DNA of 63,039 nucleotides, filler included, from Thelocarpon superellum (taxonomy: Eukaryota): the NCBI GenBank assembly GCA_026025795.1. It is 2 parts of 2 records of this genome, joined end to end, with 100 filler letters (N's around TTAATTAATTAA, not from the genome) between each part and the next. Parts side by side here need not be neighbours in the genome. Positions count along the whole stretch, not along the records: positions 31,600 to 63,039 come from JAPEUG010000192.1; 1 more part is not named here. One strand, written 5' to 3'. The notes beneath the pieces were generated by a model, which had not been told where the DNA came from, ran no database searches, and saw only the letters and a list, made by a program, of their open reading frames with translations. Made by a program: the position numbers and the translations under genes. This document shows, one piece after another, positions 33,981 to 48,404 of the stretch; positions within the stretch are counted from its first letter, which is position 1; each line of letters starts with the position of its first letter.

Positions 33981-35934
33981 GGTTGGGGCAAGCGATTGGT
34001 GGATGCTTCTCGAATGAAAGCCTATTGCAATTTGGGTGGGGAAAGGATGAACATCGAAGGGTTGGCTCGAGGTGTGATGGGCTGTTAAGTATCCCATCAC
34101 CCGGGATCCGTCCAGGAGTATTGAGCAGATGAAGAGAGAGAGGGGGGAAGAGATCAAGCCGGCGGAAGGATCCGGCCCACATGGGGCTTCCAAACCTTGG
34201 AGGACTCCATGAGGCACGCAAGACAGAGGTGTGGGGGACACAAAGCATCATTGATGGGCCGCGAGCGAAATTGTCACTTCGGTAAAGGGCAGCAACGTGC
34301 TTCAATTCGGCGTGTGGTGTGGACGTCCGTGCTGGATGCTTTCGTCCTATGACCTTATGCCTTCGGTGATGCGGAGATGCTTCGCAGCCACTGGGTTGAG
34401 CACGAAGACCGGGCCTGGCTTGAGCGAGGCCGTCATGGCCTTCATACTCGCAGGATAAGTCTCTCATGCCGCTGCCTCACGGTCCAGAGACTGGAGGAAT
34501 CGCGAACGACCCTGGTCCGGTCCGAACCGAATCGGACGAGGAGAGACGAGACAAGCCGAGAATGTGGGCGCTGCCATGCGAACTAGAGGCCATCAATCAT
34601 GCGTACCCATGACACGCCTTCCCGGGAAAGCGTGGGTCCAGCGAGGGCCGCTGGTGGCTTGAACTGCCGTTGAGCGACGTGTGCCAACTTGGGAGTCCGG
34701 CAATGCAATCGCCTCGCTTATTTTCACAACTATGCGGATACGAGTAACATAGTTTCGAGGACTTTTGGCGCCTTGTGCCTTGCCTGCCAAAGCCGAGAAG
34801 CTTCGTGTGCGGTATTTGCCCGTGCGGACCACATCTCGTCGAGCACCGCCGTCGCAATTGGCCAGAGCATCGAGCAGCACTCGGTGGAAATCCCATCATC
34901 ACCCGTCATCCTTCGGGGCTAAAGAATGATGGGTTTCCGCGCTACCGGTGACCCCGCACCCTGACATGTTATGTGCGTCCCAGACCGAAGCGTCTCCGTC
35001 GTCGATGCACCGGATCAGTTGAGTTATGCACTCATTGTCCTGGAGAGTGGCCCGGCGTCGACGATAGCACTCAACGCCAGGCATACTGACAACCGTCGTC
35101 CGCTACGTACCGCACTCGCAGTTCTCCGCCATAGCTTCACGTCCACTCTTCTTCGGGGTGCGTGGTCAGGCGAGTGCAGAATGGTCTGAGGAGACGGTTT
35201 ATGGTGAGAGCTATAATCGATGGTTGAATCGATCGGGATCCAGACGCACGCGTTACGGTACGAGTACATGGATTCGGCACCATTCGCCAGATGAGTGAGG
35301 TGTAAGCAAGTAGCCGGTGCTGGACCGTAGCCTGCGTGCACCAAACTTCCTTCAGAAGTTGCAGGCCCTCTCCGTTGCGTAAGAGGTGCCCCAAGCTGAG
35401 GATCGTCATCCGTATTTGGTGGGAGCACTCCGGACCACCTGGTCCATGGAGGGGATCTCCTCGTGCTATTGAACACCTTTGTCCCAATCTAACAGGGAGA
35501 CCTTTACTCTCCCTGCTCGCTGCACCGGGCGTCTCGCATGGAATGTGCTGGTGCCCACAACGAGGGTGGACGGTCTCAGGCCCAGGGGCATACGCAACCT
35601 AACATTAGTGTCAGGCGGTTGTAATGACAGCTATACAGCGTATCTCGACCCTCAATTAGGTCGAATGCGGCGAGAAGGAGCGTTGCGCACTTCCCACGCG
35701 TTGGTCCGTGCGGTTCCTGCAGTATTGCCGGTGCTAGGCGCGGCGTCTGCTTGGCGAGCATGTTCACGATCGACTGGTTCAGGCACCTTGATGGCCATGA
35801 TGCCACGGACCACAATACAAATGCTATCGATACAAAAGAGGGAAAGAGGGAAAGAGGGAAAGAGGGAACGAGGGAAAGAGAGGGAGAGGGGAAAATGCCC
35901 GAGATTTTACGCTTACACCCGCGACACGACCCAG

Positions 35935-38126
35935 CTAAAGCTCCAACGTGACGTCCTGCCCCTTGACACGTCCGATTACGATCTCGGCCGCGTACTTGGG
36001 GATGACCTCGTCGTCATGTAGCATGGCAAATTCTGTCGAGATTCGTCAGCTCCCATTTCCGCTATTTCCGCAGCCGCGACAGGATCCGCTTACCTTCCGA
36101 CGCATCGCGCCCCATGTGGCTGAACAGCGCCTGTGGACCTCCGGGATGCTCGTCCAACCAGTGCGTCACGTCGAGCACGATGCCCTTGACCGCAATCCAG
36201 AGGTCATCCTTCTTGTTGTGCTTGGCCACCTCCTCGAGCGTGATTTCCTTGTCGGGGATCTTGAAGTCTTTGGGATCCGCCGGCTTGCTGACCTTGCCGG
36301 GATCCTGGCTGTCGGCCGCGTCCCCCTTCATGACTGGGCCTACGGATTGCTGACGCTGCTGAACCGGCGCCGCCGTCGCCGTACCCGCGCCCACGCCCGC
36401 TCCCGTCCATTCCACGGACACCTTCCCGGGCTGCGCCGGGTCAATGTGCAGCGAGATCTGGTTCAAGCGCTGCGCCGCCGTGGAGACGCCGCCCGAGAGC
36501 ACCTTCTGGAACATGTATTGGCTCGCCGAGTCGCCCGCCACACGCCCGTACACGACGCATCCGAGCAAGGACGAGCCGCCGAGACGGTTGGCACCGTGCA
36601 CGCCACCGGCCAGCTCACCGCAGGCGAAGAGACCCTCAAACGGCTTGCCCTCGGCGTTCAGCACCTGCGCCTTGTCGTTGATCTCGATGCCACCCATGGT
36701 GAAGTGGAGCACGGGCTGCATCAGGGCGACGTGGAAGTCGTCGCTGATGTCAAATGGCAGGTTGTGGAAGAAGCGCTTGCCGTACGGGTCCTTCTTCTTG
36801 CCGTCGGCGATGTCGTTGTAGTCCTGGAAGGTGGCCTGCAGATGGGACTCGCTGCAGCCACTCTCCTTGGCCAGCTCGCGGCCCGTCATCTTCTTCATCA
36901 GGCCACGGCCCGAGTAGTGGCGCGTGTGGAAATCCAAGACCTTGGAGGATTTGGAGTTGAGCACCAGTCGGATGGGGAACTTGTTCTTCCACATCTCGCC
37001 CGAGACGTAGTCCCGGTGCCCGAGCTCGTCGCAGAAGCGATCACCCGTCGCGTTGAGCAGCAATCCTCCCTCCCCACGCAGCGCTACAAGACGGTCAGTG
37101 ACGGACACCACAGCTGAAGGGGCTCAGGGGTGACGAACCCTCGGCGGCCAAAAACTTCCACTTGGAGTCGGGGTCCTTGGGATCGACCAAGCCGGTGGGA
37201 TGCACCTGCACCTTGTCCATGTCGATGCCGTTGGCGCCGATGGCCATGAGCATCTTCTGGCCGTCGCCCGTGGCGTGAGTGCCGTTCGTGCTGGCCAGAT
37301 TGTACGTGTCCGGTCGGTGCTTCTTCAGCAGCGAGGTCTCGGTGAAGTCGGCGGCGTAGCCTCCGGTCGCGAGCACGACGGGCCCCTCGATCGAGTGGCT
37401 CTCGCCGTTGAACTCGTACTGGACGCCGGTGACGTGATTCCCGTCCTTGTTGATCGACGTGACCCGCGCCTTCTTGATGATCTGCACCCGCTCCGGCTCC
37501 GACTCGGACAGCTCCTCGAGACGCTGCATCAGGGCGTAGGTGATGGCCATGCCCGGGAACTTGGCGTCATGCCCACGGTGGGTCCGGGGCTGGGAATGGC
37601 CGCTGTGTCCGGTTAGTCCGAGGTCCACGCACGACGGGATCCACCAAGCACCTACCCCAATCGCGAGACCAGCGTCAAGTCCAGGCCAAAGACATCCTGC
37701 AGCCACTCCACGGCGGCGGCGGACTTGTAGGTCAAGACCTTGATCAAGTCGGGCCGGGCCTTGTCTCGGGCGGACTTGAGCGTGTCATCGTAGAATTGCT
37801 TGACGCTGTCGCCGATCTTCTCGTCCACCTGGGTGCGGGTGAGGGCGCCGTTGATTCCCGACGTGGCCTTGGTCGAGTTGCCACCGAAAAAGCCTAGACG
37901 GTCCGGGTTAGTCGAGGTCGTGGCATTTGCATCTCGACCGTCGGCCACGAGGCCGCACGCACGTACCTTGCTTGTCCAGCACGACGACATTCGCGCCCGC
38001 CAGGTAGAGGGTGTGTGCCGCGCTCAGTCCCGACACTGCAATCCATCGCCGTCAGCGAGAATCACATGTGACCATGCCGCCCCGCCACTTACGTCCACCA
38101 CCAACCACAATCACGCTGGGAGCCAT
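35935..38126 (-). CDS. OSM1: FAD-dependent fumarate reductase with C-terminal cytochrome b5 domain, multi-exon
   Basis: VIVVGGGLSGLSAAH, GGNSTKATSGING, RLGGHSQPRTHR, VQVHPTG, AAEALRGEGG, HFTMGG, GGVHGANRLGGSSL; b5 motif WLDEHPGG. Confidence 0.95.
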
Positions 38127-39313
38127 GACGATCACAGCACCACGTCAATGCACTGAAATGAGACTTGTATCACCCGTTGAACTGAGGAGCGACAGGATGA
38201 AAGTGGGAGAGCGTGGATGGGTGGAGAGCAACGGGGCGTTGACCGTGAGAATAAGTACTGGACGGAAGCGGGCGCAAGTGCCACAGCACCGTCACCGAGT
38301 TTATGGGGAAGTGGGGGATCCCGTCGTGCCGAGGGACATGCACGCCGCCCGCCTAGAGGTCCGAAGGCGAGTGCACCAGCCGAGTAACTTACCTGACAAT
38401 GCCTGACAGCTGATTCGGTGCCGGGCGGCATGTCGATTAGGTCAGCGACCACTTTGGGCACGGGGCTGGTCTTGGTGCATTTTCTCTTACGACGGTCGGC
38501 GGCGACGTTGTTCTAGGGAGTGACGGCTTCGGCATGTGAAGACCGTGCTGTGGCCGTATGGGCGCCGTAGCCGTGCTGGGTCATGACACCAGGCTACCCG
38601 GCCGCCCACCGAGGCATGTGACTGACACACGGCGGTCTCCGACCACCTTACGGTACGAGCACAGCTACGAGGCATGCGGCCTCCGTTGCTTGGTGGAGCG
38701 CTGCTGGCTGACGCCTCGGTGACGTCCGGTACCGACCGCGCCCAGATCGTGCCGGACCGGACCAGGCCTTAATCGTCGAGTCTACCCCTTTGTCCCCGAC
38801 CGGAAGCGCGACACGTTGTGGACCTCCGACCTACCACTGTGACCGTCATCTGATCGATTTGCATCGGCGGAACGATCAAGGTTGTGGCACGCGTTTCCAC
38901 CGATGTCGACCGGCGATTTTAGTCCGCCGGATCGCTGGACGCGGCCGTCACTGCAATGCGGATCGGTCTCACGCACGGTGCGCCGACGTAGGGGGAAGCA
39001 AGATGACGATGCATAGTCCGTTGCAGCGCCTGGCGATCTCGCACCTCCAGACGCCAGGACCGGTTGGATGAGTAGCGGCAGTGCACCTAGGATTCGTGCG
39101 AGAAGCATCATGGACTCGCGATGAAGAGAAAGACGAAGACACATGACGCGCTTCCGAATGTGCCCGACCAACTGCGTCCACGTGACCGCGCCAAGCCATG
39201 CTCCGTGGATTACTGGGTCCTTGGCCAAACGTCATGTCCAGCGCAATCCGTCGGCAGCCGTCAGTAGTTCTGCATCCTCTCATCGCATCCATCCACGTTT
39301 CGTCAACCCCACC

Positions 39314-40032
39314 ATGAAACCATCCGTAGGACTTAGTTCGTGGTGCTCGTTGGTCTTCGCCACCGCCGTGTCGTCGCAGCTACTCTTCCCCTTCCTTCAT
39401 CGTGACCAAGTCACGCCACGACCGGAGCGCGAACATCAACGGCCGATCATGGACGGTCCCAACCTTGCGCTTCCGCCCATCGACCAGGACGATCCCTCCG
39501 CCCACTCTAGCGGACCCGTCATCATCTCCGACGTCATCGGGATCGAGAGCGCCATCAACATCTTTGCCGGCTTCACGCGTGATATTGAGTCGGTGTCACG
39601 GCGGCTGGAGGACGAGTCGCAGAACACCACGGTCCTGGCCCCACGGAACTCGGCCATCACGGCGCAACGGAAGAAGCCATGGGAAGACTCGCGCGACTAT
39701 GCCTTCGTCGGCCCGGCCGCGTACGGCGGATCGGAAGGCGAGGATCGAGCCCACGCGAATCTGCGGCGATTCGTCGAGGCACATCTGATTCCCTCGTCGC
39801 CCTGGAAAGCGGGCGAGAAGGTGCAGACCATGGGAGGCGCACGGATTTGGTGGGAGGATCAGAACGGAAAGACCGTGGTATGTGAATGAGACTCTACCCA
39901 GCAGGGGTGACGGTGTGGTCGATGACTAACCCGCGACAGATCCAACCTGCCGGCATCGTCGTGTCTGCGGTGGCCAACCGGGTGGCCAATGGGGAGATCT
40001 GGATGCTGGAAGGTGTGATGAAAAATTCCTAG
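39314..40032 (+). CDS. Secreted FAS1 (fasciclin) domain protein, YDR262W-like, 2 exons (intron about 39878-39939)
   Basis: Signal peptide; FAGFTRD, TTVLAPRNSAI...KPWED, NLRRFVEAHLIP, VANGEIWMLEGV. Confidence 0.88.
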
Positions 40033-41067
40033 GCCGTGGCCTCGACTTCGTTTCGGATGCGTTGGGGAGTCGGATGGGCGTGGATAGTTTTTGACCTGGG
40101 TCGGCGTAAAGTCAGCAGCAAGATGGCTACTCTTTACGATTATGGAACACATGGTGAACAGGGGCCCTGCTCGGATCTCATGCTGCACTACCCGACCGGT
40201 CACGACGGATGGTGCCTGGATCTGGCCGGGCAAGTGTCTCTCTTTACGCCCACAGAGATAAGGAAACATCATAAACCGGTGATCCTTATAACGGGAGGCG
40301 CTTTGAGTGTACGTATCGCGCGGCACTCGATATAGTTACCGGTGCTACTTGCGCTGCCGAATGTCATCCTCGACAGTAGTAGGGGTGCTTTGTGCAGTCG
40401 AGGTCGGTAAAGTTGACAGGATGCCCTCTAGATTTTGCTCTGCTCAGAATATTGACGAGGGCGGATCTTGGAATAACCGGCTGCTGGACTCTTCAGCTAA
40501 CGTAACGGCGCCCTGTCACAGCCCACAGCCGGGTAGCTGCTCGACTGAACAGAGAGCTCCAGCAGCTAGATTCAGTGGTCTGCACACTTATTGCTGTGCC
40601 GACCAGGCCATTTTCCGATTTTCTCAACGTTTCGAGCATGCAACCGCCTGGGATTGGCGCAGAGTCATCTCTTGCTGTCAAGTTGGTAGAAGGTATACTC
40701 ATTACCATTGATGGGCAATGATGAGCGGCTAGCTCGCCAGTCATCTGTCGACACAGGATCGAGAATCAAGAGTCAACGGCACGAGCAGGCATTCAATTCA
40801 GCCCTCCGGTCTCCCCAAAGTCGCTGTACCCGTACGAGTCTTCGTACCAGTACGGCCCCTCCACTGCGTCGTTGCGTCGGGGCAGCCGATGCTCGCTTCG
40901 GCCTAGCGTCGCCTCCGCGCCGCGTATCCGTGATTCGCTGCGGCAACTGCCATGGCGGCCCTGCGCTGTGCCTGTTTGGCCTTTAGCCGGCCTGCGTTGT
41001 GGGCCCAAAGACGCCAAGCCCCTACACCACCGTCGTCCCGAGTGGGCCTGAGACGGCGTGACGAAGG

Positions 41068-41074
41068 AAGCAGA

Positions 41075-41103
<29 letters not shown>
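41068..41103. repeat. (GCA)n trinucleotide tract upstream of SIN3
   Basis: Read directly from the sequence. Confidence 0.8.
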
Positions 41104-41107
<4 letters not shown>

Positions 41108-41558
41108 TCGTTCTCGTCACCCATCACGGGAGCATTCAGCAGCATCTTGCGTCGTCCACCCTCCACCTCCGCCCTGGGCTGTGTCCCCCATCTCCCGCTG
41201 CACGCCATGCTCCACCTGCTCTAGCCTGACCCTGCGCCCATCTGCTCGGGCTCGTCGGCGCCCCACGCCTCCGTGGCCGCGGAGCGGACCGCCCGCGCAC
41301 TCCACCACCGCCGTCACCTCGCTGGCTTCTCCATTCTGTCCGGCATCCACCTTGACCCCACCGCGCCCTCTTGATACCCGGCCCGCCGTGCCCCATCGTC
41401 TCGTCCCCCGACTGTCTCTCTAGCTTCCACCCTCGGGTCGGAGCCCTCGCTGGTGGACGGTGAACCGTGCGGTGCGTGATCGTACCTGCACCTGCGGCGT
41501 CCCCCGTGCTAATCGTTGCGCCCTCATTCAGCGCGGTGCGCCACCGCCCTCGATCCAC

Positions 41559-44500
41559 ATGTCGTCCAACAAAGATGGATGGCCGCCTGTCCCGGGCTCG
41601 GGTCCTCCCAACCTGCCCGGGGCCGATGGTCAGAATCATGGGCCCTCGCGCCCCATAGGTCCATATGGGTGCGTTGCCTCGCGCCCGCGCAGACCTGGTC
41701 GATACAGTTCATGCGGCTCCTGGCCCCCCCATCTCCTCTATCTCCTCCACGAGAGCAAAGCAAGGACCCTACTGACACACTGTCACAGCTTGAATGCTCC
41801 CAACCAATCGAGCTCCTCTACCCCGTCGGGACCTCTCCTGCCTCCGCCACCAGGTATGGCGAAGCTGCTCCCTCTCTGACCCAGGCCGTCGCCACCCTTC
41901 GTGTCGCGCTGACCGTCGTCCTGGTGCAGGGCCATACTACACCTCGTCGCAATCGAGCAGCCACGGCTTGCCGACGATTGCGGGTCTCACCCAGTCGTCT
42001 CCGCAACCCGCCCACGGCTCCCCTTCCCACCCTCCGCCTCCCGGCCCCGGCGCGGCCATGCATCAAGCGGCGCCACCTGGACCGGGCTATGCGCTGCCCG
42101 GGCTGAGCCAGGCGATGCCGCATCCCCCCCTGCATGCGTCCGTCGCTCTCGATCGCGAGCGTGAGATGCGCGAACGAGACGCGCGTGACCGCGAGGCGCG
42201 CGACCGTCAACGACATCAAGAAGAAGCCGCGCAGCGAGACGCCGAGCAGCGCGAACGCGAGCGTGAGATGCAAGAGCGGGATCGCGAACAACGAGAACGA
42301 GAACGCGAGCGGCAACACCGCGAACCGGCTCAGAATCACGCCGGCTCGCTGCCCATCCATCAGCCGGTGGCATCGAAAGTGCCCACGGCCATCCACGGTC
42401 CCGGTGGTCTCCTCTCCGGCATCGGCGCCGGCGCCGGCGTGGCGCCGGGCCCGTCGACGGGCGCGCTGGGTGGCCCTCCGGGCAATGCACCGAGCAATTT
42501 GTTTGGCGGCCCGCTACAGAGCACGGAGGGGCCCCCACATGTCCTGCACCAGGTCTCCGCCGCCGGCCCGCCCCCGCCACATACGTCACATCAGCCGCCG
42601 CCGCCGCCACCGGGCCATCCCACGGTGCCCTTTACCGGAGGTCCGACGGTGCACCAGATGGGGGTCCCTCAGGGCCAACAGCCCATTTTGAACGTACGGC
42701 ATCCCGACCCTCTCTCTCCTTATCCTAATCCCCCATCGTGACGTGGGCTGACACATCCTCTGACGGCAGGATGCATTAAGCTACTTGGATCAAGTCAAAG
42801 TGCAGTTTGTCGACCAGCCCGATGTGTACAACCGCTTCCTCGACATCATGAAGGACTTCAAGAGCCAGGCCATCGACACGCCCGGCGTGATCGAGCGCGT
42901 GTCAACGTTGTTCGCCGGCCATCCGAACCTGATCCAGGGCTTCAACACCTTTCTCCCCCCCGGCTATCGCATCGAGTGTGGGTCGGGCGATGACCCCAAT
43001 GCCATCCGCGTCACCACGCCCATGGGCACCACCGTCTCATCCATGGGGGCAGGTCTCCGCCCGCCCTCGACCGCGGCTAACGGGGTGCCGGGACCGAACG
43101 GCGTCGGCGGGCCGCCCCACCCGGGCGCCTATTATGAGCAGATTTCGCGCAACGCGAACGGCTCGTGGGCCCCGCCCCCGCCGACGCATGGCGGCCCGGG
43201 GTTCGACGGGACCAGTCCCAACGGCCGTCCCGGCGCCGGACCGGTCTTCGGGCAGGCGTCCGGGGCGAGCCATGGGCACGGACCCAGTGCGCCGATGGAT
43301 CCACACGGGCCGCGCGATCATGCTGCCGCAGCCAACGCCGCGGCCATGGCGCAGCATCAACAGGAGCAGCGCGGCGTCTCTCATCTGCAAAACGCCATCA
43401 CCGTCGCCAACGGTGCGCCGACCCGGGCGGGGCCGATGCAGACGTCTCCGAGCGGCGGCGGGGCTCCGATGGGCGGTCCGTCCGGGTCTAGCGTCAACGG
43501 CGGCGCTGGCAGCGGCGGCGGCGCGGGTGGGAACAGCGGTGGAGTTATGCAGCCGGGCATACAGGCCGGCCTCGAGAAACGAGGTCCCGTCGAATTCAAC
43601 CACGCGATCAGCTACGTGAACAAGATCAAGGTCAGTGCACGTGGGTATTGACGTAGACGCGTCCTTGCTTCCCTCGGAATCGACGTGACTGACCTTTGTT
43701 CGCGGGTAGAATCGCTTTGCCAGCCAGCCGGAGATCTACAAACAGTTTCTCGAGATCCTGCAAACCTACCAGCGTGAGTCCAAGCCGATCCAGGACGTGT
43801 ACGCCCAGGTCACGCACCTCTTCAACTCCGCTCCGGATCTGCTCGAGGACTTTAAACAGTTCCTGCCCGAGTCCGCCGCGCACGCCAAGGAGCAGGCTGC
43901 GGCCAAGCAGGCGGCCGAGGACGCGGCTATGCTGAGCAACGTCCGCGGCGAACCCACCTACCTGAGTGGCCTCAACGGCGCGCCCCCGGCCCCGGGGCCG
44001 CATCGATCGGAGATCAAGATGCCCCCGGTCGGCAATTTTGCCCCGCCGCCCAGCGCGGGCAAGGAGAGCAAGAAGCGGCAGCGCACCACCGCTGGACCGA
44101 TCGCTGGGACGGTGCCGGCCAGCGTGCCCCCGACGGCCGTGACGCCCGAGGCATTTGCCAACCTCCCCGGTCCGCGCGGGCCCGGACTTCCCGCCACCGT
44201 GGTCAATAAGGTCGGTGCTCGATCGCCTCTGCGCCTGTCCGTCTCTCCCATGCCCTGTTAACGTCGTGCGTATGTCTCGCAGCGCTCGAAGCTCCAACAC
44301 ACCAAGGCCGCCTTGGCAGACGTCCCGGTGGTGTCGCCGACGTTGACCCCGGCCCAGCCGGAACCCCTGCCGCCGACGACGACGGCGGGTGCGACGACGG
44401 AAGAGATTGCCTTCTTCGATCGGGTCAAGAAGTTCATCGGCAACAAGCAGACGATGAACGAATTCCTGAAGCTGTGCAACCTCTTCTCGCAGGACCTCAT

Positions 44501-47500
44501 CGACAAGAACGTGCTGGTCAACAAGGTGGCCACCTTTATCGGGGCCAATCCGGAGTTGATGTCGTGGTTCAAGCGGTTCGTCGGATACGATGGCAAGGAC
44601 GAGGTCATTGAGAATCGCCCGCGACCGGCCAGCGGGCGGGTCACGCTGAGCAACTGCCGCGGCTATGGCCCCAGCTATCGACTGTTACCCAAGCGGGTGA
44701 GTGCACGTCTTATTCTTTTCTGCCGTCGTGTGATCGTGTCGTCTTGTGATCTTGCCGTCGTGCATCTGCTTGGCCATTGTTCCGTCGTCGGCCGCTGGTC
44801 GAGGCGGCCGTGGTGGTGGCGGTGGTGCGGGCTGTCGCTAGCTTCTTCCCTTCTCGGTCGTCGCAACCTCTTGGGCAAGCTTCTGTCTTCCCTCTACTTC
44901 ACTGTTGCTCCCCCGCCCCGCCTCTTTCCTATTGATCGCCCTCTTCTCTTCCCCTTCACCTCGTTGCCCCGCGTCTTTCTCTCGCACTTTCCCTCTCGCC
45001 GTCTCTTCTCATCCCCGCGCTCGATCCCTTGACCCCGCTTGGTGGCGGACATGCTCCCTCGCACCTGTGCTCGTTGCCTCTCACCTCGTCCTACGCCCCT
45101 TCCCTTGTCATCATGCCGGTCGTCCGCACGATCTTTCACGTCATTGCGCCGACCTGTCTCATCGATCCCACCTTTGAGCCCCAAGGGAACTACGTGCCGC
45201 TGGCCTCGCTGGACGAGCAGCGCGTGAAGCACTGGCAGAAAGCGACGGGGGCTGACCAAGGGATTTGCTTTTACCAGGAGCGCCTGAAGCAATGCAGCGG
45301 ACGGGACGAGATGTGCTACGAGGTGCTGAACGACGACTGGGCCTCGCACCCGACCTGGGCCTCGGAGGACTCGGGCTTCGTGGCCCATCGCAAGAACACC
45401 TACGAGGAGGCCCTGCACCGGATCGAAGAGGAGCGGCACGACTACGACTTCAACATCGAGGCCAACCTGCGCACGATGCAGCTGCTCGAGCCCATCTGCC
45501 AGCAGATCCAGCAGATGTCGGAGGAGGAGCGCATGACCTTCACCCTGCCCCCGGGCATCGGCGGCCAGAGCACGGCCATCTATCAGCGCGTGATCAAGAA
45601 GCTCTACGGTCGCGATAAGGGCCAACGCGTCATTGACGATCTATTTGTCCGACCGTGCGGCGTGGCGCCGCTGCTGCTGGCACGGCTCAAGCAAAAGGAC
45701 GAGGAATGGAAACAGAGCCAGGTACGTCGGCGACTTCTTCCGCTCCCCTACCTGACTCTCCGCTCATCGCTCACCGCTCGACAGCGCGAATGGGAAAAGG
45801 TGTGGCGCGAGCAGACGCAGAAGATGTTCTGGAAGAGTCTCGATCACATGGGCATCCACGCCAAGGTGACGGACAAGAAGCAGTTCACGCAGAAGACGCT
45901 CATCAACGAGATTCAGACGAAGTTGGAGGAGCAGCGGCGGCAGCGCGAGGTGCCACGCAGTCAGGTCCCCAAGCACCAATTCGAGAACGTCTTTGACGAT
46001 AGCGGCGTCGTGCTCGACGCCACACGTCTGCTCCTCGTATTCGCCGAGCACACGAGCAACCACAACGCGGCCGACCGGCAACGCATCGAGCTCGTCTTGC
46101 GCGACTTTGTGCCGCGCTTCTTTGGCTTCGCCGCTGACCTGTTGGACGAGGGCGTCAGCCCCGGCTCCGGCCGGGCCGGGTCGGGCCCCGATGACGACGC
46201 GGAGGAGACGACGGTCGAATCGGCCGGGTCGTCGAACGGTCGCGGGCGCCGCGGCGGCCACGCGCGCAAAACGGACTTGCGTCGGGGCGTGCTCGACCGC
46301 ACCCGGGCCAGCAAGAGCGCCGGCCGCCCTGGGACCGACGCGGAGGCCGAGACGACGGAGAGTAAAGAGTCGACGCCCGACGTGGGCGCCGCCGTGGACG
46401 ACGAGCTCGATGGGGTGGGCGGCGACGCGGTGGCGGACGATACGACGGAGCATAGCGGCGTGGCGGCGGCGGCGGCGGACCCCAACGAGGACAACTGGAC
46501 GCAGCATCCGACGGCCGGGGCGAAGCGCAAGTCACGACCGCCAACGCGCGAGATCCTACCCAACGAGCCCTTCCGACGCGAGAGCTACAGCCTCTACTGC
46601 AACGCCAACGTGTACTCATTCATGCGCATGTTCCAGATCCTATACGACCGCCTGCTCCAGATCAAGCGCTACGAGCCGCGCGTGGCGGAGGACGTACGAC
46701 GGGCCAAGATGTTCAAGCCGGCGCACGACCTCAAGGTCGTGGACAAGCGACCCGAGGACTTCTTCCGGCAGACGGGCCCGCAGGCGCACTACTACCCGCA
46801 GGTGCTGGAGATGTGCCAGGAGCTGATCGAGCAGCAGATCGACGTGGCTCAGTTCGAGGAGGTGCTGCGCCGCTTCTACCTCGAGTGCGGCTGGCAGCTG
46901 TACGCGCTCGAGAAGCTGCTGGGAGCCGTCGCGCGCTACGCGCTGTCGCTGATGTCGAATGAGGCCAAGGACAAGAGCGCCGACATCCTCCAGCTTTTCT
47001 ACCGCGATCGCGAGCGCGAGCAGACGACGCACCAGCACGAGATCAACTACCGCAAGCAGGTGGAGAAGCTGATCAAGGACGGGGACGTGTTTCGCATCGT
47101 CTATGTAAGTCTGGGCCCGGCCCGGTCCCCCCCGGCCCTGTGCGGTGGGACGGGGACGACGGGGGCTCGCGAGGCTGACGCGTGACGCAGAACCAAGCCA
47201 CGGCGGACACGACCATCCAGCTGCTCCAGAAGGGCGACACGACCTTTGACGAGGATACGATGAGCGCCGAGGCGCGCTGGTCCTACTACACCGCCTCCTA
47301 CATCAAGATCGAGCCGACGGAGGGTGTGCCGCTGGACACGCAATTCAACATGCCCTTCTTGCGCCGCAGCATGGGCGCGCACAAGGAGCTGGACGAGAGC
47401 GAGACGAGCGAGCGCGCCATCCCTTACGCCTACGAGAACGGGCTCGAGCTGCGCATCTGCGTGAATAGCTACAAGATCCTCTGGGAGCCCGACACCCAAG

Positions 47501-47868
47501 ACTGGTTCGTGCACGCCGAGGAGACCAGGGAGGCCGCGGAGGCTGGGGAGACCGCGGAGGCGGGCGAGGCGGGTGAGGAGGCCGAGGCCACGGGCGAAGA
47601 GCGCGCGGTTACGCTGACGCGGGCGCACGAGCGACGCGAGGCCGCGTTTGCCGAGCTGGTGGCCCACCCTACCTGGATGAAGGACGTGGGTGCCGAGGTG
47701 GTGACGTCCTCTCAGCACGCCTACGCCGATCTCGCGGGGACCGATCGCGGCGACGTCGACCAGGTCATGAGCGAGGCGGCCGCGACGACGACGGCTACAA
47801 CGGAGGCGGTCGCGGTGCTGGCGAAGGCGACGACGACGACCGAGGATCAGGAGATGACGTTGGCGTGA
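41559..47868 (+). CDS. SIN3: Transcriptional corepressor Sin3 (PAH1-3, HID, C-terminal domain), multi-exon
   Basis: [32 protein letters not shown] (PAH1), [22 protein letters not shown] (PAH2), FFDRVKK (PAH3), [33 protein letters not shown] (HID). Confidence 0.97.
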
Positions 47869-48404
47869 TATTAGGCGGAATGGAAGTGATTGCTGGATGG
47901 AGACTGGTTCCTGGTTGATTCGTTTTCTTCTGGATGGGTTGACTCACCTGTGTTTTTGCTTCTTCTTTCTTCCTTCTTGCGTGTTGCGCGTGATCCATTG
48001 ATAGTGAACGAAGAACCAATCCGAATGACGTGCCTCTCTTAAGGGTTCTTGTCACGTGCCTCCGCGTCGTGGATTCGCGTGGATGGAGCTTCGGACTTTG
48101 GACGTTAGTAAGCCGTCGTTATCGGTAGGAGGCACACGTCGACCACCCACGGACAATTCCATACCGCGGAATGGTCGGACCGGCTGGTCCAACTCTCCAA
48201 AGTGCCCAATCCCCACTCAAGTTGTACGAAGATCCGAATGCTACTCGTCACCACCTACTTGAGTCTGACGAGACGCGGAGATGAATTGACGAGCCTTTTG
48301 CTTTCTCCGCCGCCAGGTATGTCCCGTGACGTGATCGATCTCACGGCCGGCACAGAGGGACACGGCCGGGAGCAGCCGTCGGACCCCTCCCGTACGCCTT
48401 CCCC

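Noticed and set aside
38153..38392. Upstream intron giving OSM1 an alternative N-terminal targeting exon
   Set aside because: Splicing to the nearest acceptor meets an in-frame TGA before the ATG; at most a 5' UTR intron.
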